Shown here piece after piece: positions 34,522 to 44,655 of a stretch of 64,000 nucleotides of DNA; position 1 is the stretch's first letter; each line of letters opens with the position of its first letter. The DNA is from an uncultured Actinomycetota bacterium (GTDB lineage Bacteria > Actinomycetota > Actinomycetes > JAFAQI01), in assembly GCA_963770565.1 (NCBI GenBank), contig CAVYQE010000001.1, positions 1,152,001 to 1,216,000 on the forward strand, given 5' to 3'. The notes beneath the pieces are model-generated. The model did not search any database, was not told the origin of the DNA, and saw only the letters and a list, made by a program, of their open reading frames with translations. Made by a program: the position numbers and the translations under genes.

Positions 34522-36709
34522 CGTGCGGGTCGGCGGCGTTGGTGTCGATGACCACCTTCTCCGAGGTCTTGGTGAGGGTGATCGACTTCACGCACGGCCC
34601 GGTGAACTTCGGCAGGCAGACGGGGAGCAGGCCCTCGTAGTCCTGGTTCACCTTGTTGAAGTACGTCGTCTTCTGGTACAGGACGTCGAGGAACGGAGTC
34701 GGCTGGCCGTAACAGAACAGCACCGCGGGAATCGGGTTCTTCGGAGTCGCCGTGAAGGTCAAGGTGATGACCTTCGCCCGGTCGCCGGTGAACGTGAGGA
34801 TGCTCTGCACCGAGCCGGTGCACGGATGGATGACCCCGACGTTGCCGCCATACGTGGCGGTGATGATCGCGTTGCCGGTCCCGGCTTGCGCCTGCACCAC
34901 CGCGGACTGCCCGGTGGTCGGGCTGCTGGTGTTGACGTTGCAGGTCTGGCCGGATGGGCAGCTCGTCGCCGCGGCGTCGACGTCGAACGAGGCCGTCGTC
35001 GCGGGTGTCAGCCCGGCCGCCGAGGCGGTCAGGGTGTAGCCGAAGCCGTCTGCGTTGATGACGATCGGGGCGAAGTCGGCGACGCCGTGCACCGCCGTCG
35101 CGGTGAGTGTGGAGGTTGAGGTTGGGCCTCCGCTGACCACGAACTGAGCGTTGCCCGGGTTGTTCGCGAACGACAGGGTGACCGGGCCGGAGTATGACGG
35201 GTCCGTCGTCTTGTCGGGCTTGATCGCGGCAACGGTGATGTGTGTCGTGGTGCCGTCGGCGTTCGTCATCGATGTGTTGACCTGGGCGTTGACCGGCTGG
35301 TTGACGATGCTCAGCGCGGTCGCGGTGGGTGCGGGCGAGTAGGTCTCGGTGTCGGTCGCGCTGCCCTGCACCGCGTCCGGCGAACCGACCGTCACCGGGT
35401 CGGCAAGGCTGACCGGTGACGACCCGGCGGGCACCGCGACCTGCACTGGCATGGCGACCGGCGGCAGCGCACCGATCGGAGCCGCCGGGTGGGTGCACGT
35501 CACGGTCTGGCCGACCGGTGCCGGGCACGTCCAGCCGGTGCCGCCGAGTCCGGTCGGCTGTGGCGTGAGGTCGGTCGGGAACGTGTCGGTCAGGGTGATC
35601 TTGCGGGTCTCGTCGGCGCTCGTCACCGAGGGAGTCGCGGTGTAGGTGACGGTCTGGCCGGTCGTCGCGGTGCCGCCGCTGTTGTCGGTGAGCCCCACAC
35701 CGAGTACGGGTGGGGTGCCGTTGAGTGTCTGGACCGCCACCTGGGAGATCGTGTGGTAATCGGTCGAGGCGCCGGTCGACGCGGACCAGCCGAAGCTGAG
35801 CTGCTGCGGGACGCCGTTGCCGTTGACCCAGCTCGAGTCCGGAGCGAATGCGGTGTCGTCCGGCAGCGCGCCTGACTCGGTGACCGGTGCTGCCGCGCCG
35901 ATGGGCTGCACCTGGACCACCCAGCTGTCGGCCGGGACGTTGAACCCGCCGGCCGCGGTCAGAGCACCGCTCGTCGGGTTGACCGCCACCTCGACCGGCA
36001 CGTTCTGTGCGGTCGAGCTGTCGAGCGCGGTCGCGCCCAGCTGGTTGGTCGTCAGCTCGCAATAGCCGGCCGTGCCGCTGCCGGGGCCGCGCACCGTGAT
36101 CGACTCGGGGCTCTGCGGAAGGCTGCTGTTGCAACCGCTCCCGTCGAACGCGGAGTTGGTGTAGTTGCCGTAGACGTCGAGGCCGATCCCGAGGTAACCG
36201 TTGGTCAGGCCGGCGGTGCCGGCCGACACGTCAGCCGAATACCCGAGGTGGCCACCCGCGGGACCGAGGGTGATCGGCGAGGCGCTCGCGTTGTTGGGGT
36301 CGGAGGCGGCCAGGAAGAAGACGATGCCGTCGGCTGCAGTGCCGTTGTACTGGTAGCTGTTGAACGAGACGTCCAGGCCCAGCGAGGACGGGACGCTGGA
36401 GCTGTAGGCGACGCCACCTTCCTGATCAAGGGCGTTCGTGGTCAGCTGCAGGCCGGGGCTCGCCGCAATACCGCTCGCACAGCCCGGCAACGGTGTCTGC
36501 GAGGTGTCGGTGGATGCGGTCAGGCACGCGTCGTTGGACTCGGACACCGAGGCGGACGGCAGGGTCCAGTTGGGGGAGTTGGTGGTCGCGGCCGTGAACG
36601 ACTCGCTGACCAGCGTCGCGGTTGCGGCGTACGCACCGGCCTCGCTGCCGACGACCGTCAGCACACCGAACAGGACAGCAGCGACAGCGATTGAGACGCG
36701 AGATCTCAA
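34511..36709 (-). CDS. Secreted legume-lectin-like / DUF11-like surface protein
   Basis: Signal peptide; 'LQLT', 'ADGIVFFL', 'GYLGIGLDVYGNY', 'FGWSASTG..TDYH'. Confidence 0.7.
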   Translation of the reverse strand: MRSRVSIAVAAVLFGVLTVVGSEAGAYAATATLVSESFTAATTNSPNWTLPSASVSESNDACLTASTDTSQTPLPGCASGIAASPGLQLTTNALDQEGGVAYSSSVPSSLGLDVSFNSYQYNGTAADGIVFFLAASDPNNASASPITLGPAGGHLGYSADVSAGTAGLTNGYLGIGLDVYGNYTNSAFDGSGCNSSLPQSPESITVRGPGSGTAGYCELTTNQLGATALDSSTAQNVPVEVAVNPTSGALTAAGGFNVPADSWVVQVQPIGAAAPVTESGALPDDTAFAPDSSWVNGNGVPQQLSFGWSASTGASTDYHTISQVAVQTLNGTPPVLGVGLTDNSGGTATTGQTVTYTATPSVTSADETRKITLTDTFPTDLTPQPTGLGGTGWTCPAPVGQTVTCTHPAAPIGALPPVAMPVQVAVPAGSSPVSLADPVTVGSPDAVQGSATDTETYSPAPTATALSIVNQPVNAQVNTSMTNADGTTTHITVAAIKPDKTTDPSYSGPVTLSFANNPGNAQFVVSGGPTSTSTLTATAVHGVADFAPIVINADGFGYTLTASAAGLTPATTASFDVDAAATSCPSGQTCNVNTSSPTTGQSAVVQAQAGTGNAIITATYGGNVGVIHPCTGSVQSILTFTGDRAKVITLTFTATPKNPIPAVLFCYGQPTPFLDVLYQKTTYFNKVNQDYEGLLPVCLPKFTGPCVKSITLTKTSEKVVIDTNAADPHVMG

Positions 36710-37067
36710 GGTTCTCCCCTTACTTGCGACCGTGCCGAATCTCCCCGTGAGTGAGGCCTGACTTTACGCACAGAATCCGTTGCGCCGCAGGGATTCCGTG
36801 ACCTCGGATCGGCTGCTCATCCTTGGTGCCACACAACGCGCATTAGATGCTGAAATGCGGCTCAGATCACCGTCGCGGTAGCAGTGGGCGACTACGTTGA
36901 TCGACAGTTGAACGACGCGTGAACGCCAGCCGACGTCGGCCGGTTTGCTACTGCTCCGACATCCCTCGTCGGGTTCGAAGTGCTTACCAACGTCTACATC
37001 GAGCCCGACTTCGGCATCGTGGACCTGCGGACGGTGGGTGTCGGCGGGTAAGCCGGCAGATGAGATC

Positions 37068-37124
37068 CGTTCTGCGGGGCCAGCGCATCTTCATATCCGG
37101 TCGCTGGGTTGGCCCCGCAGAACG
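37068..37124. repeat. Perfect 15-bp inverted repeat (terminator or REP-like)
   Basis: CGTTCTGCGGGGCCA (37068-37082) / TGGCCCCGCAGAACG (37110-37124), just downstream of a minus-strand operon. Confidence 0.6.
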
Positions 37125-37148
37125 CTGCAGCGACTCATTCGCGAAGCG

Positions 37149-37874
37149 TCAGCCGCTCGGACCGAAGCTCTCGACCCGGATCGCCGACGGGGTCACGCCG
37201 ACCTCGCAGAGAAGATCGCTCGCCGACTCGGTGAACGCCGGCGACCCGCAGACGAAGTAGGTGGCGTCGGCGACCAGCATCGGTTGCAGATCAGTGGTGG
37301 TCAGCCGCCCCGCAGCCCGACCGCCATTGGTGGTCTCACGGGTCAGGACGACCACGTCGTGGTCCTGTTCGAGTTCCTCGGCAAAGAGAACGTCGCCGGC
37401 CGTTCGCGCGGACACCACGAGCCGGAAGAGGTCGACCTGCCCGAGACTCACCGCCAGGCGCTGCATGGCGATCAGCGGCACGATGCCCGAGCCGCCGGCC
37501 ACGCCAACGGCGGGCCGGTCCCCGGTCCAGACGAACCAGCCACCGATCGGACCACGGACGTCGAGCTCGTCACCTACGGCCGCGACGTCGGCGAGGTATG
37601 TCGACACCTCACCGTCCTCCAGTCGCTCGACATACAGCTCGACCAGCTCGTCGCCCGGCGCGGAGGCGACCGAATAGGACCGCTGCGCCGTATAGCCGTC
37701 CTCGGCCGTGAGTCGTACGACGTAGTGCTGGCCCGCCCAGTGGGCAATGCGGTCGCGCACCTCGATCCGTAGCGCAACGCCGTGCGACGTCGGATGCGTG
37801 ACGTCGCGGATGGTCGCCCGCTTCCATGCGCCGGTCGGTGCGCGCCGGTCAGTCACCTTGGTACCGCTGCTCAC
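37149..37874 (-). CDS. FAD/NAD-binding ferredoxin reductase-like oxidoreductase
   Basis: 'GQHY.VRLTAEDGY.AQRSYS', 'GEVSTYL', 'AGGSGIVP', 'VCGS..F', 'ESFG'. Confidence 0.88.
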   Translation of the reverse strand: MSSGTKVTDRRAPTGAWKRATIRDVTHPTSHGVALRIEVRDRIAHWAGQHYVVRLTAEDGYTAQRSYSVASAPGDELVELYVERLEDGEVSTYLADVAAVGDELDVRGPIGGWFVWTGDRPAVGVAGGSGIVPLIAMQRLAVSLGQVDLFRLVVSARTAGDVLFAEELEQDHDVVVLTRETTNGGRAAGRLTTTDLQPMLVADATYFVCGSPAFTESASDLLCEVGVTPSAIRVESFGPSG

Positions 37875-38475
37875 GCCACGGGTCGCCGAGATCGTGATAG
37901 CCGTTGCGTTCCCAGAATCCCGGTTGATCGTGATCGAGCAGGGTCAGTTTCGTGACCCACTTCGCGCTTTTCCAGAAGTAAAGATGGGGGACCAGTAGCC
38001 GAACCGGTCCGCCGTGTTCGCGGGGCAATGGCTCGCCGTCATGCGACCAGACCACCCAGGCTTGGCCACCGCGGAGGTGCTCGAGCGGGAAGTTCGTCGT
38101 ATAACCGGTGGTCGAGGTGGCGAGGACGTGGGTGGCCTGCGCCATCGGCCCGACCTGGTCGAGCAGGACGTCGACGCTGACGCCGCCGAACGTCGTGTCG
38201 AACTTCGACCACGTGGTCACGCAGTGAATGTCGCCGTGGAACTCGGATTGCGGGAGCTCGTGCATCTCCCGCCAGGTCCAGCTTCGCCCTTCAAGAACCA
38301 GCCCGTCGACCGTCATCGTCCACTGTTCGGGGTCCAGCCTCGGAAGCACTTCTGCAGTCAGGACGGGGAAGCCGGCACCGACGTCGTACTGTCCTGGCGG
38401 CAGCCGGTCGCCATGCGCAGCCCTGCCCCTACCGATGAAGCCTCGACTGATTCCGGCCACTGCAAGCGCCTCCAT
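37849..38475 (-). CDS. Sulfite oxidase-like molybdopterin oxidoreductase
   Basis: 'RLPPGQY', 'DIHCVTTWSKFD', 'EHGGPVRL.VPHLYFWKSAKW', 'GFWE.NGYH..GDPW.EQRY'. Confidence 0.9.
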   Translation of the reverse strand: MEALAVAGISRGFIGRGRAAHGDRLPPGQYDVGAGFPVLTAEVLPRLDPEQWTMTVDGLVLEGRSWTWREMHELPQSEFHGDIHCVTTWSKFDTTFGGVSVDVLLDQVGPMAQATHVLATSTTGYTTNFPLEHLRGGQAWVVWSHDGEPLPREHGGPVRLLVPHLYFWKSAKWVTKLTLLDHDQPGFWERNGYHDLGDPWREQRYQGD

Positions 38476-38581
38476 CCATGGAAGTAATGCATAAGGCTAG
38501 AGAGTCGTCGGTCGGCGAGCCAGTCAGAAGTCGATCCGCGGGCGCGACTTCACGCGACCGGGTGTGACAAGCCGACAAGGC

Positions 38582-40603
38582 ATGGCAAACTCTGTTCTCG
38601 TGCTGCATCGGTCCCCGGCGCTCCGAACTGCGTGCCTTCCGCGCCGCGGCCGATGGTTCGCGGCGATCGCGCTCACACTCGCGGCCACCGGCCTGATTGT
38701 TGCCGCGCCGGCGGCGGCCGGGGTCAAGGTCCCGGTCGTGAACGGGGTCTCGCCGGCCGCCGGCAAGACCGCCGGCCACAACGTCGTCACCGTCACGGGA
38801 TCGTCCTTCGATCACGTGTCGAGAGTGCTGTTCGGCTCGAGTGCTGGGAGCAAGATCCACGTCATCTCGAGCACCAAACTCACGGTCGTGGCGCCGAGGC
38901 ACGCGGCCGGCGTGGTCGACGTACGAGTGGAGGTCATGTCAGGATCGACCTCGAAGCTCTCGGCCAAACGATCCGTCGACCGCTATCACTTCTACGCGCC
39001 CCCGATTGTGGCCGGTGTATCGCCGAGCAAGGGGTCGCTCAGCGGCGGTAACACGGTGACGGTCACAGGTAGCGGGTTTCGCAGTGTGACCAGGGTCGAG
39101 TTCGGTACCACTGCGGGAACGCACACCACCGTCAAGTCGACGACCCGGCTCACTGTCGTCGCACCGAAGCATGAGACTGGCACCGTCGATGTCATCGTCC
39201 TCGGCATGTACGGCAGGTCGGCGAAGACGAGCAAGGACCGCTACCGCTACTCGTCGTCGGCGCCAACTTGGCATGCGACCGAAGCGCCTCTGCCTGCGCA
39301 CGCCAAGGCCCCCGAGTCGGTCACAGATGGCGTGGCGTGTTCAACATCGAGCTCATGCGTCGCGGTGGGCAACTACCTGGACGCGTCGAGTCATCAGCAG
39401 GGTCTGATCGACATGATGTCGGGACAGTCGTGGACGGGAACGAAATCGCCCGTGCCGGCCGGGGCGGGTGCGGACCCGCACGTCAGCTTGACCTCCGCCG
39501 CCTGCGAGGCCTCGGGCAGCTGCGTCGCAGTGGGGTCCTACATCGACCACAACGGCCACTCCCAGGGGCTGCTCGAGGCGAGGAAGGGCAGCAAGTGGGC
39601 CGCTACCGAGGCACCCCTGCCATCCGACGCCAACAGCGCCGCTGAGGCGCAGCTGACGTCGGTCGCATGTGCGCCGACCACCACGTGCGTCGCGATCGGT
39701 TCCTACCCCGACACCAACAGCGAGGCGCAGGGGGTGTTCGAGAAACTCTCCGGAGGAACCTGGGGCGGCGACGTCGAAGTGCCGCTGCCCAGTGGCGCCG
39801 GCGCCGACGTGGACACCGCCCTCGATGCGATCAGCTGCCCGACCTCGGGCAACTGCGTCGCGGTCGGCTCATACCTCGACGGTGGCGAGGAGCAGCAGGG
39901 GCTTATCGAGGTGCTCTCGAGTGGCAGCTGGCATGCGGTTGCTGCTCCGCTCCCGAGCAACGCCAACAGCCCGTTCCAGAACGTGAACCTCTACTCGGTG
40001 TCGTGCGCGTCAGCCGGCGCGTGCGTCGCGGTCGGCAAGTACGTCGACAACAGTGGCGACCGGCCCGAAGCCTTGATCGAGACGATCTCTGGCCAGTCGG
40101 CAACTCCGCTCGAGGCACCGCTTCCGAGCAACAGCGACCCAACCCCTGACGCGGTGCTCGGCTCGGTGTCCTGCCTCTCCGGATCGCCTTGTGTCGCGGT
40201 CGGCAACTACCTCGACAAGACGGTGGTGGGGGAAGGTCTGCTCGAGTCGATCGCGAGTCCGGGGTCCGCAACAGCGAGCCAGGCGCCGGGGCCGGCGAGC
40301 AGTGCTGGCGGTGGCACGTTCAGTCTCGAGTCCGTCGCGTGCGAACCCGGCGCCTGCACGGCAACCGGCTTCTTCTCGGACCGCAAAGGCGCCTACCACG
40401 CTGTTATCGACTCGCTCGCGCATAGCAAGTGGACGGCCTTGCAGGCCCCGCTGCCGGCCAACAACTACCACGGCACCTCAGTCTCACCCGAGCTCACTGA
40501 CCTCACCGAAACCGTGTACGCCGGCGACGGGACCTACGTCGCGATCGGCGAGTACCCCGACAAGAGGACCGACACCGAAGGCCTGATCGACTCGTTCTCC
40601 TAG
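38582..40603 (+). CDS. Secreted IPT/TIG-domain protein with Cys-pair repeats
   Basis: Two IPT/TIG repeats ('VSP..G...G...VTVTG..F'), then repeats 'SC....CVAVG.Y.D....GL.E'. Confidence 0.8.
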   Translation: MANSVLVLHRSPALRTACLPRRGRWFAAIALTLAATGLIVAAPAAAGVKVPVVNGVSPAAGKTAGHNVVTVTGSSFDHVSRVLFGSSAGSKIHVISSTKLTVVAPRHAAGVVDVRVEVMSGSTSKLSAKRSVDRYHFYAPPIVAGVSPSKGSLSGGNTVTVTGSGFRSVTRVEFGTTAGTHTTVKSTTRLTVVAPKHETGTVDVIVLGMYGRSAKTSKDRYRYSSSAPTWHATEAPLPAHAKAPESVTDGVACSTSSSCVAVGNYLDASSHQQGLIDMMSGQSWTGTKSPVPAGAGADPHVSLTSAACEASGSCVAVGSYIDHNGHSQGLLEARKGSKWAATEAPLPSDANSAAEAQLTSVACAPTTTCVAIGSYPDTNSEAQGVFEKLSGGTWGGDVEVPLPSGAGADVDTALDAISCPTSGNCVAVGSYLDGGEEQQGLIEVLSSGSWHAVAAPLPSNANSPFQNVNLYSVSCASAGACVAVGKYVDNSGDRPEALIETISGQSATPLEAPLPSNSDPTPDAVLGSVSCLSGSPCVAVGNYLDKTVVGEGLLESIASPGSATASQAPGPASSAGGGTFSLESVACEPGACTATGFFSDRKGAYHAVIDSLAHSKWTALQAPLPANNYHGTSVSPELTDLTETVYAGDGTYVAIGEYPDKRTDTEGLIDSFS

Positions 40604-40721
40604 CTGCCGCCGACCCGGTCTGCGTCTCGCCGCAACTGCGCAGCCAGAGCTGCCGCCGGGCGGACCCGGCTCGGCGATCACGTCGCGAGACCCGCGGTGG
40701 CACCATCGAACTGGAGGCCGG

Positions 40722-42554
40722 ATGACAACTGGATCCCCCACCTCTGCGATCGCGCCCGAGCGGAAGCCCGAGCTTTCTGAGTCGAGCGAGCCCGCCGCCG
40801 GGGCGGTCGGGGCCTTGTTGTCCGTCAACGTCGGCTTGCCGAAAGAGGTGTCTTGGCAAGGGCGGACGGTCTTCACCGGGGTCTTCAAAGAGTCCGTGTC
40901 CGGTCCCTGCCGGGTCGGCCGACTCAACATCGACGGTGATGGTCAGGGCGATCTGGCCGGGCACGGCGGCGAGCAGCGCGCGGTGTTCGTCTACCAGATC
41001 GACTCGTATCAGTACTGGGAGCGCGAGCTCGGACGAGACGACTTCGTCTACGGCCAGTTCGGCGAGAACTTCACCGTGGACGGACTAGCGGACGACGAGG
41101 TCTGCATCGGGGATCGCTACCGCATCGGCAGCGCGGTCTTCGAGGTGACGCAACCTCGGGTCACCTGCTATCGGGTGGGCATCCGGATGAATGATCCGCA
41201 GATCCCTGCGTTGCTGGTCTCCCATCACCGTCCGGGCTTCTACTTCCGGGTGCTCGAAGAGGGCGAGGTGCAAGCGGGGGACGCCATCGTCAAGCTTGCG
41301 TCGGGACCCGAGCAGATCACCGTCGCCGAGGTCGACGCGCTGCTCTACCTGCCGGGGCACACGCGCCAAGGGCTGCTCCGAGCGCTCCGGGTTCCGGCGC
41401 TGAGCCCGGGCTGGCAGACCTCATTCCGGGCGCTGCTGAACGAGGAACCCGGCGGGGGCAACGCCGGCCTCGTCGTCACGAGCCCGCCGCCTGCGTGGCC
41501 GGGCTTTCGCGCGTTGACCGTCGCCGCAATCACGCACGAAAGCGAGTCGGCGATCTCGATCCGACTCGAGGATCCCACCGGCGCTCCGCTACCGGCGCCC
41601 CGCCCGGGTCAGTACCTCACCTTGCGGGTCCGGCCCGACCAGAGTCAGCGGGCGGTGTTGCGCAACTACTCGCTGTCCGGCCCACCCGGGGCGGGCTACT
41701 ACCGGGTCACCGTCAAGCGGGAACGCGCCGGGGCCGCGAGCGGCTATCTGCACAGCCGGCTGGCGGTCGGCGACCGACTCGACGTCGGCGCACCACGCGG
41801 GACGTTCATGCTTGATGAGACGCCCACTCCGGTGCTGCTGATCAGCGCCGGGATCGGTGCCACTCCAGTTCTCGCCATGCTTCAGGCGCTGGCGCAGCAA
41901 CGCTCCGATCGAGAGGTCTGGTGGCTGTTCGCCGCACGCGACGGTCGCGAGCACCCGTTCGCCGCCGAGAGCCGCGCCCTCCTCGCCTCGCTGCCGAACG
42001 CCCGGGCTTACGTCTTTTACAGCCGCCCCGAACCGGGTGACGTTCAGGGCCGCGACTTCGATCGCGCGGGACGTCTCACTTCGGCATTGCTTGCCGAGTT
42101 GAATCCACCGGCCGGTGCCGAGGCATACCTGTGCGGTCCGGCCGGCTTCATGGACGACATCAGCGCGGGGCTGGCCGCCCTGGGCTCTGATGCGTCTCAC
42201 ATCCACACCGAAGTGTTCGGGCCGGAGGCGGGCGTGACGCCGGGGATCGCATCGACACCGACGCGGGCACCCCATCCGCCAGCCGGTGAGCCCGGGAGCG
42301 GACCGACGATCGCGTTCGCCCGCAGCGACCTCACGATCCCGTGGAGCGCGGAGTACGGCACGCTGCTCGAACTGGCCGAGTCCTGCGACGTACCGGTCCG
42401 GTGGTCGTGCCGAACCGGGGTCTGTCACACCTGCGAGACGGCCCTCATCGCCGGCGATGTCGACTACAGCCCCGACCCGGTGGAACCGCCCGCTCAGGGC
42501 AGCCTGCTCATCTGCTGCTCCCAGCCCCGCGACGACATCGTGCTGGATCTGTAA
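40722..42554 (+). CDS. MOSC (YiiM-like) + FAD reductase + 2Fe-2S fusion
   Basis: 'HGGEQRAV', 'FGENFT', 'QPRVTCY', 'RNYSLS', 'AGIGATP', 'CRTGVCHTC...C'. Confidence 0.9.
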   Translation: MTTGSPTSAIAPERKPELSESSEPAAGAVGALLSVNVGLPKEVSWQGRTVFTGVFKESVSGPCRVGRLNIDGDGQGDLAGHGGEQRAVFVYQIDSYQYWERELGRDDFVYGQFGENFTVDGLADDEVCIGDRYRIGSAVFEVTQPRVTCYRVGIRMNDPQIPALLVSHHRPGFYFRVLEEGEVQAGDAIVKLASGPEQITVAEVDALLYLPGHTRQGLLRALRVPALSPGWQTSFRALLNEEPGGGNAGLVVTSPPPAWPGFRALTVAAITHESESAISIRLEDPTGAPLPAPRPGQYLTLRVRPDQSQRAVLRNYSLSGPPGAGYYRVTVKRERAGAASGYLHSRLAVGDRLDVGAPRGTFMLDETPTPVLLISAGIGATPVLAMLQALAQQRSDREVWWLFAARDGREHPFAAESRALLASLPNARAYVFYSRPEPGDVQGRDFDRAGRLTSALLAELNPPAGAEAYLCGPAGFMDDISAGLAALGSDASHIHTEVFGPEAGVTPGIASTPTRAPHPPAGEPGSGPTIAFARSDLTIPWSAEYGTLLELAESCDVPVRWSCRTGVCHTCETALIAGDVDYSPDPVEPPAQGSLLICCSQPRDDIVLDL

Positions 42555-42581
42555 CCGCTCACCGCAAGGCGGCATCCGAAC

Positions 42582-42794
42582 ATGGGAGAGCTGTACTTCG
42601 TGCTCGAGGGTCCATGTGAGATCCAGGTCGGCGACCGGGTTGAGATGTGCGAGGCGGGCACCGCGATCTACACCCCGGCGGGGACGCCACACAGCATCCG
42701 CACGTTCGACAACGGTGCCGCGGTCATGGTCGCCTTTCCCGAAGGTGACTGGAATGCCATTCAAAAGGTCTGGCACGAAGAAGCCGACCACTAA
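42582..42794 (+). pseudogene. Cupin fragment, probably N-terminally truncated
   Basis: '(HPN)MGELYFVLEG...YTPAGTPHS'; first half of cupin motif 1 missing; in frame with and 27 nt after the MOSC stop. Confidence 0.45.
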
Positions 42795-42819
42795 GCGTCT
42801 GATCCCGAGCTTCGGCGGT

Positions 42820-42835
42820 TGTAGAATTGTCGGCA
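42820..42835 (+). promoter_or_regulatory. Candidate GntR operator overlapping -10 (TAGAAT)
   Basis: TGTAGAA-TTGTCGGCA upstream of the GntR gene, similar to motifs at 45741 and 49269. Confidence 0.4.
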
Positions 42836-42878
42836 TTCAGTCACCCGACAGATCGACACGTCGAGCAGAGGATGGACG

Positions 42879-43583
42879 ATGTCCCACCCGCCCGTGCCGG
42901 TGTCGACCGCCAGCCAGCTCCAGCCGCTTCAGCTACAGAGCACGCCTGAGCTGATCGCCGACCGGCTGCGCTCGGAGATCCTCGACGGCCGGTTCGCACC
43001 CGACGACCAGCTCTCCGAAGTCGAGATCTCCCGGCAGCTCAAGGTCAGCCGCGGCCCGATCCGCGAGGCGATGCAGCGGCTGATCCAGGAAGGTCTGCTG
43101 CGCGCGGAGCGCAACCGCGGGGTGTTCGTCGTCCAGCTGAACGCCGACGACATCCGCGACGTCTATCTGGCCCGCGCGGCCGTCGAGCGCGCCGCCGCAA
43201 GCGTCGTGGCCGAGCATCAGCCGGCCGGTGCGCTGGCGGCGCTCCAGCAGATCGTCAACGACCTCTCGGCATCGGTCGGCGGTGCATGGGGCGACCTGAT
43301 CTCCTACGACCTCTCCTTTCACCAGGCGCTGGTCGACGCCGCCGGCAGCCGCCGGTTGAGCCGGATGTTCTCCACCCTGAGTGCCGAGACCCGGCTGTGC
43401 CTCATGCGGCTTGAACCGTTCTACGAGCGGCCGGCCGAGGTCGTCGCCGAGCACCAGGCGATCGTGGATGCGCTCAAGGCCGGTGACGTGCAGAACGTCA
43501 CCCGGTTGATCCAGGCGCACATGGATGCCTCGGTGGTAAGGCTGGCGACCCAGCCGGTGGGCGCCGCGGACTCCTCCGCCTAG
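42879..43583 (+). CDS. GntR/FadR-family regulator (FCD domain)
   Basis: wHTH 'LSEVEISRQLKVSRGPIREAM..L..EGL'; FCD 'DLSFHQAL...EHQAIVDAL'. Confidence 0.92.
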   Translation: MSHPPVPVSTASQLQPLQLQSTPELIADRLRSEILDGRFAPDDQLSEVEISRQLKVSRGPIREAMQRLIQEGLLRAERNRGVFVVQLNADDIRDVYLARAAVERAAASVVAEHQPAGALAALQQIVNDLSASVGGAWGDLISYDLSFHQALVDAAGSRRLSRMFSTLSAETRLCLMRLEPFYERPAEVVAEHQAIVDALKAGDVQNVTRLIQAHMDASVVRLATQPVGAADSSA

Positions 43584-43614
43584 CGCGGCGGCCTGCCTGC
43601 GTGCCTGCCTCGGC

Positions 43615-44655
43615 TCAGGCGAGGATGCAGGCGACCTCGTGGTCGGTCCCGGTCGCGCCGGTCGGCGGGCGCAGCTGCGGATCGATCTCGGCACAGCGAT
43701 CCTCGGCGATCGGGCAGCGCTGGCGGAACCGGCACCCGCTCGGCAGGTTGGTCGCGCTCGGAGTCTCACCCTTGAGCAGCTGGACGTTGCGGGTCTCCCG
43801 TGGGTCGCTGTTCGGGATGACCGACACCAGCGCCTTGGTGTAGGGATGCTTCGGGTTCTCGACGATCTCCCAGGCCGGGCCGCACTCGACGATCCGGCCG
43901 AGGTACATGACCGCGATCCGATCGGCGAAGTGCGCGGCCGTCGACAGGTCGTGGGTAATCATCAGGATCGCGCGCTGCTTGTCCCGTCGCAGCGTGTCCA
44001 GCAGCGAGAGGATGCCCGATCGCACCGAGACGTCGAGCATCGACACCGGTTCGTCGGCGAGCAGCAGCTCCGGCTCGAGCACGAGGCTGGTGGCGATCGC
44101 GACCCGCTGGCGCTGACCACCGGACAGCTCGTGCGGGAAGCGGTTGAGGAACAGGTCGGCGGGCGCGAGGCCGACCCGCTCGAGCGCCTGGTGGACCAGG
44201 TCGCGCCGGGCGCTTCTCGGGCCGCCGAGGTGGTGGATCAGCAAGGGCTCCTCGACGGCTTGCCGGACGTGGAAGCGCGGGTCGAGTGCGTCATACGGAT
44301 CCTGGAAGATCATCTGCAGGCGGCGACGCATCGAGCGCATCCGCCGGGCGGACAGGTGGCTGATGTCGACGCCGTCGAACACGATCGTGCCGGCGGTCGG
44401 CTCGAGCATCCGCAGGATGGTCTGGACCGTCGTCGTCTTCCCGCAGCCGGACTCGCCGACGAGCGCGAGCATCTCGCCGCGCTGGAGGTCGAAGGAAATG
44501 CCGTCGAGGGCCTTGATCCACTGCCGCGGCCGGCGCAGGAGCCGGTCTCGGACCCGCTGCCGGACCGGGTAGTACGTCGCGAGGTCCCGGACCGACAGCA
44601 GGCTAGATCCGGTCGACACCGACTCGGCTCCGGCGCTGGCCTCGATGATGCTCAC
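43615..44655 (-). CDS. Oligopeptide/dipeptide ABC ATP-binding protein (OppF-like)
   Basis: GESGCGKT, 'LSGGQRQR', 'DEPVSMLDVS', C-terminal 'GCRFRQRCP'; GTG overlaps upstream stop. Confidence 0.92.
   Translation of the reverse strand: MSIIEASAGAESVSTGSSLLSVRDLATYYPVRQRVRDRLLRRPRQWIKALDGISFDLQRGEMLALVGESGCGKTTTVQTILRMLEPTAGTIVFDGVDISHLSARRMRSMRRRLQMIFQDPYDALDPRFHVRQAVEEPLLIHHLGGPRSARRDLVHQALERVGLAPADLFLNRFPHELSGGQRQRVAIATSLVLEPELLLADEPVSMLDVSVRSGILSLLDTLRRDKQRAILMITHDLSTAAHFADRIAVMYLGRIVECGPAWEIVENPKHPYTKALVSVIPNSDPRETRNVQLLKGETPSATNLPSGCRFRQRCPIAEDRCAEIDPQLRPPTGATGTDHEVACILA

Noticed and set aside
21540-36134. Long antisense or alternative-frame ORFs (22258-23799, 26528-27712, 34272-36134 and similar)
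   Set aside because: Shadow ORFs expected at this GC content, overlapping better-supported genes
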